Assembly: GCA_010015585.1 (NCBI GenBank)
Contig: ML975191.1
Strand: one strand, 5' to 3'
Origin: Eremomyces bilateralis CBS 781.70
Taxonomy: Eukaryota
Length of the DNA: 34,231 nucleotides
The notes below the pieces were generated by a model. The model did not search any database and had not been told where the DNA came from. It saw only the letters and a list, made by a program, of their open reading frames with translations. Below, piece after piece: positions 22,770 to 34,231 of the stretch. Positions within the stretch are counted from its first letter, which is position 1; every line of letters starts with the position of its first letter. The translations under genes were made by a program, and so were the position numbers.

Positions 22770-23508
22770 CATCCTGAGTTCTAATATATAGATGATGGTA
22801 GTATAATTGAGGTTTTGGTGTGGGTTGAGCGTTTGGCGTCGGAGTACCAATAACCGGAGGTTGTAGGGCGGTAATGGGGCACGGATATATAAGTACATGA
22901 AATTGTTGGGTGAAGCTTCAAGAGGTTCAGTTCATGTTTATGACTATGGTATCATTCTAAATTCTTTAAGTATGAACAAACGGTTACTCAAGTCTATATA
23001 TGAAGGTAGTGACCATCCGTAGGCGGAGAACCAGGAGATCACAATACATATCAGGCTGTTTTTTGACTTGAAAGACAATTCTCATTGGCTTGTGCAGCTT
23101 CTGACGTTGGCCGGTCATAATCCAATGTAGGAGCGGTAGTATTATGTATAATATGTCCCATCATGGGACTCGTTTCGTTACGCTGAATCGAATGCCATAC
23201 TCCCAGGACCATGAGTTCGGAATGCTTATCATATACAGCACTCCACTAATTCCTGACTCCGTATGTAAGGATCCTTGCAGTATATAAGGCCCAATACCCA
23301 GGTTCCGCCTGAGCATGGATACTGGTGTCTCTTTTGGCATTGTGTCGCAGTTGGTTGGGCCGTTGCGTCTCACACCGTATACTGATAACTCCAGTGTATC
23401 CGACTTTTTATACAGAATCTGCCTTGGGGGGAACGGTAGACACAGCGTATCCGCCGTGTAAATCTGAAAGGAGAAAAAGGGTAAGGAAGAACAAAATGTA
23501 ATAGCAAC

Positions 23509-24889
23509 TCAAGATTTCACGAATTCCGTGCGAATATCTAAGTCCGTCTGCTTCAGAACAACTCTGTCGGACTCAAGTAATTCGTATTCGCTGTTATCGT
23601 AGGTTCCTGGGTAACAATCGCTGGTATGGCCTGGCCAAGCACCCCTCGACCTTGGGCTCTCCGATTTTAAGTCATAAGCGCCCCGCCGCATCGTGGTCCA
23701 TTGACTTGGATGGGCCCCGCTGGTTCTGCTGCTCCCGTTGACGGTGATGCCGACACGTCTCAGGGCACGTTCAAAGAATGCCTTGAGACACGGCACGCAA
23801 GCGGCAACGATTCCAAGGTAGACCTCAACAAAGCCCCATACCAGTAGGTACACGCTATCCCAGGTGGGGTCCATGAGGGACGCGGTTGAACCATTATCGG
23901 GGGTTTTGAAGACGGAGACGCCGCTGACCACCCTAACGATGCTTGCAACTGATGCGCAGAGACCCATGGCCATGAGAATGGCGAGGACTATCTTTTCGCG
24001 GAGGGGTCGATTGATTTTGAAAATGAAGGTGAGCGGGATGAGAGAGAAAAACACGTCGCTGATGATAATAATGACTAGGTAGGACGCCGTTAGTAGGTGA
24101 CAATGATGGGAGAGGGCAGCAAGCACAGTACAAGGACCGCTCCTCGGTTCCACTATTCATTCCTCTTTGAACATGCGGAGTAGGAGCGGACGGTAAGAAC
24201 CGATTAAAGTGCATATAAAGGTCTGCTTGGATCGATTTCAGGTAGGACGAAAAATCAGTAACGCACTTGAAGTTGAAATTACGGTATAGAATCCTTTCTT
24301 TGGTTTTCTGCAGTGCGCTGCTAACTCAGGTTTCACAGCTCGGTTCCAAAAGTCGCTGGTCGGTATACATTCCGTTGATATAATGACAGTGTACGCGATG
24401 GCCGCTCCCATAAGAATGACGATCGAGCCCCACATGCCCCATATCCAGATCTTGCTTCGTCGGATGCGGAGGAGCATGAAGGCTACACTGATCTTCGTGA
24501 AGGTCACCGACCACATCAGCGCAAGCTGGGAGATGTAGGTCAAGAGCATAATCCCAACCATATGGTTGGGAGTGACGGTAATTGCATGGCGGCCAAAGCC
24601 GTAGGCCGCGCTCTGGCACGTCACACCAAACAGAATTATAGCCAATATCTACAGGCTTTAGCGTTGAAGAATTACTAGCACACGCAAAAGGACTTACAAC
24701 TGATAAGGTGATGCTATAATCATCCCAACTGACCCTCATCTTCGGCCGGATCCGTGAGTAGAGCCGTAAGCCATAAAACCCCAAGGAAAGGAGCAGTAGT
24801 ACTGTGAGAGGCCCAAGTAGAACGCCTTGTCGGGACTCATTTGGGTCGGGCGGAGGGGCCATCAATTCCGGGTTGACGTTAGCGGCCAT
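23509..24889 (-). CDS. Pth11-like integral membrane protein (fungal rhodopsin-like 7TM domain, no CFEM), 3 exons, about 379 aa
   Basis: Exons 24889-24698, 24648-24267 and 24074-23509 are in frame. Motifs: LRLYSR...WDDY, YGFGRH, KISVAFMLLRI, ECIP..FW, SDVFFSLIP, EVYLGIVAACVPCLK. Confidence 0.9.
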
Positions 24890-27348
24890 CAGGAGAGTAA
24901 ATTACGCTTGACGACGACGAGCGTAAGCAAAGGCGAGGAGACGGGTAAGGGTTGAAGTTCCAACAGCACGGTATCCTCCCAGTCATTGAGACGGAGCTGC
25001 CCGTTTCTCGTGCAGGGTCGATCATGAAGCTACTGTCGCCGGAATTTAACAAACGAATAGGATGATCGACAAATATCCCAGGGGACAAACAGGATGTAGA
25101 CACCGCGTCGTTTTAATGCACATCCTCCAGGTTTCAGAAGGTCCAATTTTCGCCTTCGGGAGGTAGGGTCGACCGGTCTGATCCCAGCCGAAAGCCTAAA
25201 TTCCTTAGCGTCTCGTGTGCCAGTAAATGGCAGGGGGGGGACGGGGGGTTGAACGGGCGTAGGAACTGAGTCAGAGCAGTAGCTCGAACCGTGGTACAAG
25301 TACGGGGTCATACGGTTACGCGACACAGCCATGAATCAATGGATCGCAGATTTGGCGGTTTTGTGCGTTGAACGGAGAATTCGAGGGTTACTGAGGCTTC
25401 TGAGTGACTCGCAGCAAGACCTAGCCGTGTGCTAGGGGAGCCGATGGGAACTGGGGAAACCTTGTCCCTGTCCCTGTCCCATGTTTACCTGACAACCTGC
25501 CCAGGCTGGAGAATCGTATTTCGCAACATCCTCTTATTTGTATCAATTTCTAGTGTCTCTGAAAATTCTGTGCCATACCATGCCTGCCATGCCCTCCCAA
25601 GGAATTGAATGGCTTATATCTGCATATCTCTACTTTAGATCCTGGGTTCGTGCCCGTTAAGATAACGGTGCGACCGACGGCGATCGAAAGTCACGAGTCT
25701 AGTCTCAGGCGATCAGGCGATCAGGCACCCAGGTTGCCATTGACAGAGTCTAAGTCAGGTACAAATTACTACTCTGGCTGAGCCATCAAAGCCATCCGAG
25801 TGCTCATCGTAACATAGTACTGCTTTTGCATTATGCTTATATAAATGCCATCGATTTCCTAACAGAGAACAGACTTTTTCATCCCTCATCCGAAACGGGA
25901 GCGGAACGTAGAAAAGCAGTGTTGTATGTGTGGCAATTCTTACGTCTGCTAGACTGCCAAATGTGCCACCAGCATTCTACCAGCGATCCTGAATATAAAC
26001 CAGCTGCCTCTTTCGGTTGTTCCACTTGCATGGTGCGTGGGTAGTCCGGAATGTCGGACCCATCTCCACGGCAATCCTGTATTTTCGGCATGCCCCTTGT
26101 CAGCTCATTCTGGCCTCTGCATGACTGGACGCCTCCGCAATTCTATTCAGTGTCGAAGTACCACGTCGTTAAGCTTCAGTTTATTGTTTCTATCGGCTGC
26201 TGTGACCTCCCATTTCTTGGTGAACAGCATGGCTTTGCAGGTTCCTGTAACCACAGACACTTTTTTCCGCCCGTGGCTCATCCTCGTGGCTTTTCGCTCC
26301 CGCATGAACGCGCTCACAATTGATGTATTACCTGCCATCGAGATCGCTCCAGTTTCAATGGATCATCGTATACTTGCACAAGAAAATAGGCGAGCAAAAT
26401 GTGGAAAGGCGGTTTGGAAATTAAACATGGCGTTGAGTCGAAAGAAACTTGTCAAATCGGATTCTATTGGGATTATATGTGAATCCATTGTGGCGCTTGG
26501 GCCGTGGCCCGGAATGGGAGGAGTCATGGCGGAAATAACGGAATGCGATTCATTGGTATTGACGGCGGCGCTGAGCCCCGATCAGACAGCCACTGATAAG
26601 GGGCACACACTGATACGGTTCATACCATCCGCCGGGCCAAGAGACTCTATTATTGGTCCCCGGGTGAGGAAATAATCATGTGACTGCTCAGGACAACGAA
26701 ATGAGCACGCGGCTCCACTTAAAATGCTCAGTTTAGCTTTACGTTGTGAATTGATTTAAGCTTACCAGCTTACTACCAACGCCTGTACTCCGTGATATTT
26801 GGTGTACAATATGATCCTTAGTTTTCGATTGATGAACAGCCTAGAAAGGTGGGAAGTCTGCAGGCTATATAATCCGCACCCAGATGCGGTTGACTAATCA
26901 CCCCTTCAACACTCCGTATAGATAATGAGTGTAACAGAATTACCGTTTGTACTTTAGCGCCATCATATCGGGTTATATCAGCGCCGTTTTCCGTTTCCAA
27001 TCCTCACGTCACTCACCCACTCGTCGTCCACCCACTGTTCGGGGCCCCGTTCGGGAGAGTCCGTTCCGTGGCGCACAGCGTTCCTTGGCACGTAGCGTTC
27101 TAAACCACACGTTGATGTTGCGATCCGTGGCACGTAGCGCTCCGAACCCTCACGCCGATAGCTGAGTATCCTCGGGATAGAACAATTTGACCCAAATGTC
27201 CCGGGAGGGACCTTCTGTCGCCATCCCAACCCTGATGATGTCGAATGTAGTTTGCTGGCGACCGTCTTACCGGTAGAGGGCAAGAAATTAAATTGCATAC
27301 AAAAGTTGTTCAAACTCCTAGTTCTGGACACTGACTCTTCGCGGTGAC

Positions 27349-28579
27349 CTAGATACTTTGCAAGTTCTTCACCGCTACGTCCCACCCTTCTTGTTGGGCA
27401 CCGCCGCCAGTGAGACATCGCGCTGCTCCTTGATCATCCTTTAGCAACCACATCAACCAATTAGTGCCAGCAACCCCGAATTTGCCACCGTCCTTGTCCG
27501 CCCAGGTCGCCATATGGCCAACAGGCAAGTTGCCTTTCCATGATGGAATATTGCTGGGTAGGTTTTTAAAATCACGTTCGCCCTGATAATAGATTAGCAT
27601 CGACTATGAGCTGCGGACATAGTGCCAAAAAACGTACATTTTCAAAGGCGATATCCGATGAACCACCAAGGAAATAGAAGACAGGCTGGTGCAGTTTAGC
27701 GACCGCTTGTTGTGATGCTGAGTCGCTGAATGCTCCGGAGTTGAAAATCCCAACGGCCGAGACGCGAGGATCGGGTGCGACATCGTATGCCTCGAGACTA
27801 CCGCAGCTCTGTCCTGCAGCAGCAATTTTGCTCGCATCAACATTAGCATATTTTCCTTTACCGGCGTTTTGAGTAATAAACTTAATCGATTAGAGCAACC
27901 ATTCCGATTTAGTCAGGCTAGAGCCGCCTAGACTACCATTAGCAATGACCAGGAAGCCGTAGGAAGCCCATTCGGTTAGAGCCCCTTAGAAACCGGTATC
28001 GTCGGCAATACAACCTCTATTCCCCAAACGAGTACAGGCAGCTTCAGATCTGCGGGAATCTCCTTAAGAAGATAGATGGTGTGTTAAGGTAGACCTGGTG
28101 TTGTGAAGACGACAAAAGTAGAAGACTGATTATATTGATTGACTTCTATGGAGCCTAACTAGTTGGGGATGTCTAGATACAGATGGTTGATCACCTGACT
28201 AGTGATGCCTGAGGCATCAATCCTTGAGGATAACCGTAACACCTGGGTCAGTTGAGTGTTCCTAAGAAGATCAGTTTATGTTCGTTTTCCGCGGCTTGGC
28301 TGGAGGGATACTCACCGCTGTATACGGGCCACTGCCACCAGTGCTAGGTCCCCCCAAAGCCCCTCCGATTCCGCCGCCTCCACCAAACAAACCCACCAAG
28401 AAGTCCTCCGAGGCTTCCGCTTGATCCGCCCAGTCCTCTAAGGCCTCCGCTAGATCCTCTAAAGGCCCCTCCCCAGAATAGTCCGCCACCAGAGCCGCCC
28501 AATCCACCACTACGCCCACCAAGCTGAGGGTAGCCTCACTTGCGGCGGCCAAAAGACTAAGGAGTGCCACTGACTGCAA
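27349..28579 (-). pseudogene. Secreted alpha/beta-hydrolase (esterase) with Gly-rich N-terminus; disrupted by a solo LTR, stops and frameshifts
   Basis: Signal-like VALLSLLAAASEA; GGSGPY; HTIY...LPVLVWG; ASYGFLVIANG; nucleophile elbow AGQSCG(S)LEAY; FLGGSSDIAFEN|GERDF; VGHMATW. Confidence 0.85.
28099..28241. mobile_element. Solo LTR (143 bp) in exon 2 of the esterase
   Basis: TGTTG...TAACA termini, TSD CCTGG (28094-28098 and 28242-28246), TGATGCCTGAGGCATCA palindrome. Confidence 0.9.
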
Positions 28580-29610
28580 TTTGACAGGAATAGACCAAGT
28601 GAAAAACGGAAGTATAAGCTCTGTAGCCTAAGAGATTTGTTGAGGAGACTGTGTGACCGGAGGAATAGAGGAAGCGTGATTCTGACTAGGAAGTTCATTT
28701 ATATCCCATTTGATTCCGGAATGACAATCAGATCGCACGAGTCCATCTCGACAAGCCTAACGACCTTGATATTCCATGATTTTAGCTAAAGCTCTTGGCA
28801 AACGTCGTCGCGTTTTCAGTGAACGATTCGATGTGGAGATGAGATGCTGTGTGGAGAAGAGACACCGTGCCTGCTGGTCCTAAAGCAACTTAACGAGATT
28901 TTGGTGCGAGCAGAGCTCAGGACCAGAGGTTAGTCCGCGAGGGAACCGGTTCTTCCGGTCCAGAAGCGAGAATATTACATTTACGGATGATAGGGCATAA
29001 CTTACCAAGATTTGCTCTAACGTTCCCGAGTATGAAGGTATTCCGTAAGGCTTAGTGGATGATCATGTTCGCTGATAGCAGTCATACAAACAGGGCGAAA
29101 GAGAAACGGGCATAGGTTTCAATCTTATCGTAGGCCCGAACCCTAGGTGCCGAGGTCTCCGCACCTGCGGTCAACTGCCTACGATAATAGATATCCATTT
29201 CTTTGCAAATTGAAGGCCGCGTAACAAAGATTATACCATATCGTTGTCAAGGGCCCAAACCACGAAGGATTTGGTAAGCTGGTAACGCTGTTGAATTGCT
29301 AAAGAGAGAAGGAGAAGATCTCTCTCACTGCGATCTGCTATTTACATCTGTGGGCAAACGGTCTACCCATCCCTTCTGCCTTAGGCCGCAAGGCCACAAC
29401 ACACAGACTGGGCAAAGCCCAAGACTGTCACAATCGTATCAAAATATCATCGTATTCTTGATCGGATTATCCGGAGTCTGCCCGGAGCACCCTCCATATT
29501 TCGATTAGCGTGAGAGTATCTCATTGGACCGATGTTGCCCGAACGCTTTCCAGAGGGGCGGGGCTTCCGGGAATCTAAGCCCCAACCTCTGGCCGCAATC
29601 CGTTAGAGTA

Positions 29611-29756
29611 TTTTAGCCCTCTCGCGTAACAGACCGAATAGCGCCAAACAGATCGTACTCTAACAACCTTGATCGCTGCACCTTGACTAGCAGAAGACCT
29701 CAAAATATGAAGAAAAGAGGGAAGCTGGGGGGTAATGAGGTGGATCGTCGGCTAAA
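29611..29756. promoter_or_regulatory. Candidate XlnR/Xyr1 sites (GGCTAAA, two copies) and a CreA site upstream of the xylanase
   Basis: TTTAGCC at 29612-29618, GGCTAAA at 29750-29756 and CTGGGG (SYGGRG) at 29725-29730. Confidence 0.5.
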
Positions 29757-30062
29757 TTGGTAGATCGCCCATTGGGACACCGGATGCGTGAATGCCGTGT
29801 CCTTCAAAGCTAAAATACATGAACGCGACCTAGCAACCAAAGAATCAACCTTCATCAACTTCATACAAGCATGAGAAAACAGCAATGCCCTGTATCCACG
29901 CAAAAGCGTGCCTTCGAGTGGTGGCATCGACGTTCAATTTGTTTTCGACGATGTTACCTCATTCTTAACTGTAATACGATATACGAATTACACTCCATGT
30001 TCCACATTAAGTAGCTCAGAGTCGAAGTAAAGCCATCCGAGCGGAGACGAGAGAATCTATAA

Positions 30063-30881
<819 letters not shown>

Positions 30882-31264
30882 TAGTGGTGTTTCCTAGGAT
30901 CGGTCTGCATACCGGAAAGCAGCGTTGCACCGTGCCTCAATTTGACGACGGGATTTACCAAATTCGAGAGACCCTATAGGTATCCGCCTGTTTCCAATGC
31001 AACGAGCAAAACCCACCTGATGCCTCCCATGGAGACTCATTAAACAGGCTGATTTCTCCTTTGTACTGATACATCGCACAGATGATTGACTCCACCCATT
31101 TCACATATAAATTGGCATATTCCTCATGTACATAGACAACTTCCTCCTCAGAGGATTCAATACGCCCCCCATCTGAGACGTCTTTGCTCTTCGTAGGCAT
31201 TTCATATCCCCCGTGTCCGCTGTGTAATCATGGATGAGTCATTAGATGACTAATCTCACGTATA

Positions 31265-31300
31265 GTTATCACTAAGTTAACTTAGGTTAGTTAACTTAGT
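31265..31300. repeat. Orphan TIR-like palindromic motif (probable DNA transposon end)
   Basis: TA+GTTATCACTAAGTTAACTTAGGTTAGTTAACTTAGT; a related inverted copy lies at 5937-5953, next to a pogo fragment. Confidence 0.45.
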
Positions 31301-31579
31301 TTCCGACAGGATTTTTGAATGAATTCGGCTAGGCCAATGATAGTCCTGGTAGTCACAGATGTAATCATCTAAGCTAGCGCGAAAAACTGAGCTACGGGTA
31401 TTCTGTTTCTATATGCTTAAAATACTCAAATACCGAGTAGAACTTTGCTACATGGGATCAGTCGGCACTTGTGATGTCTGTAGTTTTATCTTTCGTTGGT
31501 ATCACGAGCGGACTGAATCGCGCGTTCGATTTTGCGGATTGTGTTGTTTGCCAATTCCAAGACCTCTGGTCTAGAAGTC

Positions 31580-32367
31580 TCAGCTAAGCAGTATCTTGCT
31601 CTTAATGAATTCCATGGCTTGCGTGCCGTATTTTCCAACATATCCTTGGTGGGTTTGCTGATCATTTCCCTTGCAACAATACGGGTCAGGAGAATCGCAG
31701 TAAGACTGGATCTTGTCACCACCAGGGCAGCTGAAACCCTTGGGACGAGCGGCAAACTGGTAAAATTTAGCCTGAGATGCGGTGCCTGTAGATATCGGGA
31801 TAACTTACGCCACCAGTTTTGCAGGTGCCGACATTGTATGGAAGACCAGAAACATTGTGTGGATCTCCCATCAAGATCGCTGCCTTGACAGCAGCCAAGG
31901 CCGGACCGGAGAGCGGCGTTCCAGCACCTCCACACAGAGCATTGTCCATGATTTGGCCCCCCTTGAACTAGTAAGTATTCTTTTGAATCTCAAATCCGTC
32001 ACAATCATGTCCTCACCTGAGAGTATCCAACTAGAATGATCTGGGTATTGGGGCACTTCTTGTTGTAATTCGTAATAGCCTTCACCACCTCCGCCGTTCC
32101 TTGGGATGCCGAACTGTCATAGCTGATACCGCCGCAGCTTGCCTGGCCACCGCATGCCGGGTAAACAATGGCTTCTGCACCTGATCCGGGGAAAGCAGAC
32201 TTGATCTGGTTGACGAGAGCTCCAGCAGATCCATAGCCTTGAGAGACAGTGGTTTCACGGGCGCCAAAGGTGTAAACTTTTGGGCAGCCTTGTCGTTTAC
32301 TGAGTTCCGCTCCGTTCGCGAATGTAAGACCTCCGAAGAAAAACCCAATGGCTGTAAAGGACTTCAT
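31580..32367 (-). CDS. Acetylxylan esterase, carbohydrate esterase family 5 (cutinase fold), about 226 aa, 2 introns
   Basis: Exons 32367-32017, 31961-31809 and 31756-31580. Motifs: FGARETT, YPACGGQASCGG, VGYSQ|GG, MGDP, SYCDSPDPYCC, THQGY. Confidence 0.95.
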
Positions 32368-32477
32368 GGCGTGATAGAGGAACCATGCAACACTTCTGCC
32401 CTTCTATACAAGCGCCTTTCTAGAGAAGCGAAGGAACTGGCACTATTTATAATGTACGAATAGCAGCTGTTATTTTA

Positions 32478-32500
32478 TCTAGCCCTGTATTAGGGCTAGA
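32478..32500. promoter_or_regulatory. Everted pair of GGCTAG(A) XlnR-type sites upstream of the acetylxylan esterase
   Basis: TCTAGCCCTGTATTAGGGCTAGA, about 110 bp upstream of the ATG. Confidence 0.45.
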
Positions 32501-33547
32501 GTCGGCGTAAATTGCGTGTGAGATAGATGATTGTGAAAAGCAATCCGTGTCTAGGTGAACTACCCTGTTAAGTTTAGCGTGCCTAATCGAGAAGTTTACG
32601 CCCCGCGTTTTTAAAGAGGAAATCTGTAGGTACTGTAAGAGTCTCACTGTCGGGAATCTCCAATCGTGAGGCAAACATTGAATTGTTGCTATGAAGGAGG
32701 AATCTATCTAAGGTGTGCGAGGCGTTTATCTGTTCTGGTGTTTACAGAGCAAACGGGCCACAGGGCCACAAGGCATCCAGGTCTGCGGACCTCTGATCCA
32801 TCACAGGTACATCGCTTTCCACCCGTTCGCGTCGCCGTGCGTAGCCAGGGTATGAACCAGTCATTAACACACTTCCACGCAACGTACAAAAGGTGCAGCT
32901 TCGTCCTGGCTCTGCGGTCTCCTACTACTACTCATCGCCTACTCGTTGGAAGCACTAGGACCAGGAGACGGAGGTGTTTGAAGTGACTTGCGGGACTCGA
33001 GCGTTGATGTAGCTTCATTGCCTCATCGAGTAGATTTGCTGACACAGCAGCCGTCTTTCGTGACATGCTTGCGGTAGAACTTAGAATGTGCTCTCTGTAG
33101 CTCTCGGTGAGACTCAGCAATGGCTCAGTTAAGGCTCAGGCTGCTTTAGACTTTCGCTCACCCTCTAGGATAGGTACCCAGGATATGTCTTGCGACTTTC
33201 GGCAACTCGGTTAAGTCTATTAGTCGTGAGTCAAAGACAGTAAAGACTAGTATGATTTTCCAGGACACTCTTCCATGCAAACCAAGGATCGGACATATGC
33301 CAACGCAGCCGAATCTACACTAACGCTAGAAATGGTCCGCAAGCCGCATTGACGGTTCTGTGGGCCTTCAAGATGAGCAGAGCCCGCATACACCAAAACA
33401 ATCTCTGCATCGGGAGAAGTAATGCACAGTGTATGGGAAATCGTTTTGTCGCTTGTATAGACATCATTATGGTTGCTAAGAAGGCAGCTTACAAGTTACC
33501 CTAATTACAGTTATACTCTTCGCCGACATACCTAAATATATAATAAC

Positions 33548-33756
33548 TGTCAGAGCACACAGGGGTGGAATCAGGTGAGGAGTCAGCGAGTAGCTTGTGA
33601 GTAGCAAATATATAGAAAAGGGTGTGTGCCCCTTATGACTAGAGACTGATCCTTAAGGAATCAGGAACAAGAGGACGTTGGTATGCGTGCTAAGTACAAT
33701 GCTAGGAAGGAGTCACGTGACGTAAGCACATGACTTGGAGATGCCTCGTGGTGACA
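33548..33756. mobile_element. Solo LTR (209 bp)
   Basis: TGTCA...TGACA termini and a block shared with the LTR at 22512-22682; no TSD (ATAAC/GCTCG). Confidence 0.7.
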
Positions 33757-34231
33757 GCTCGGCTGACCCTGAAAAAGGTTCGGCTCACCATCCTAATCGG
33801 GTTAGGTTAATCACGTGAGGTCAGTTGACCTATGTCTATGATCGACGTTGGTCGGCTCACCTTTCTGGATACACACATCTCAATTCAACCCCACACTCCC
33901 TCTAACTATATGGAAAATGCGTAAGATGTTTCAAACATGTTTGAAATATGTATATTAATAACCATGCTGTAGCTCAATCTCCAATTCTTCTATCTGAAGA
34001 GAATTCTGATGATGAGAGTAATGAAGTCGACCAAGAAGATCTCCAGCTTATGTTTGATGATGATTTCTATGAAGAATCACATATTGCAATTGAGGATGGT
34101 GAAGTAAGTATCTTCCTGCGTAATATATTTAGAACATGTTCTGAAGCTAATCAACTATATCGATCGTAGGTATCACTCGATCAGATCACTATTCTATCTA
34201 AAGCAGTATATCACCCTCTATCGACGCTCTA

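Noticed and set aside
22904..23048. Another possible solo LTR (TGTTGG start, TATATA, CCGTAGGCGG)
   Set aside because: No matching right terminus or TSD.
26037..26675. 212-aa ORF and overlapping short ORFs
   Set aside because: Non-ATG start, no motifs and no splice support; likely spurious.
33948..34231. Acidic ORF with a GTAAGT donor at the window end
   Set aside because: May start a gene, but it is too short and truncated to assign.

Overview
Filamentous-ascomycete (Pezizomycotina-type) DNA with short GT-AG introns and strong RIP (CpA->TpA / TpG->TpA). The left two-thirds is a nested transposon region. It holds two direct copies of a Tad1-like LINE, pogo/Fot1 transposase relics, a hAT MITE, a Fot1-type fold-back MITE, about six solo LTRs and one Zn2Cys6 transcription factor. 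The central finding is a decayed DUF3435-type tyrosine recombinase (Starship 'captain'-like) that the ORF track misses. A full-length LINE sits inside one of its introns with a 12-bp TSD that duplicates the branch point. Removing the LINE rejoins the R...HxxR...GH...Y catalytic motifs. The gene appears to continue through Cys/His zinc-finger motifs and two more introns into a C-terminal chromodomain and basic NLS-like tail. Downstream are an unknown convergent ORF, TPR/ankyrin fragments, a Pth11-like membrane protein and a compact xylan-degradation cluster (RIP-damaged secreted esterase, intact GH11 xylanase, intact CE5 acetylxylan esterase, XlnR-type sites), which could be Starship cargo. Element boundaries were not found. 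All family calls come from manual motif recognition; no database search was run.
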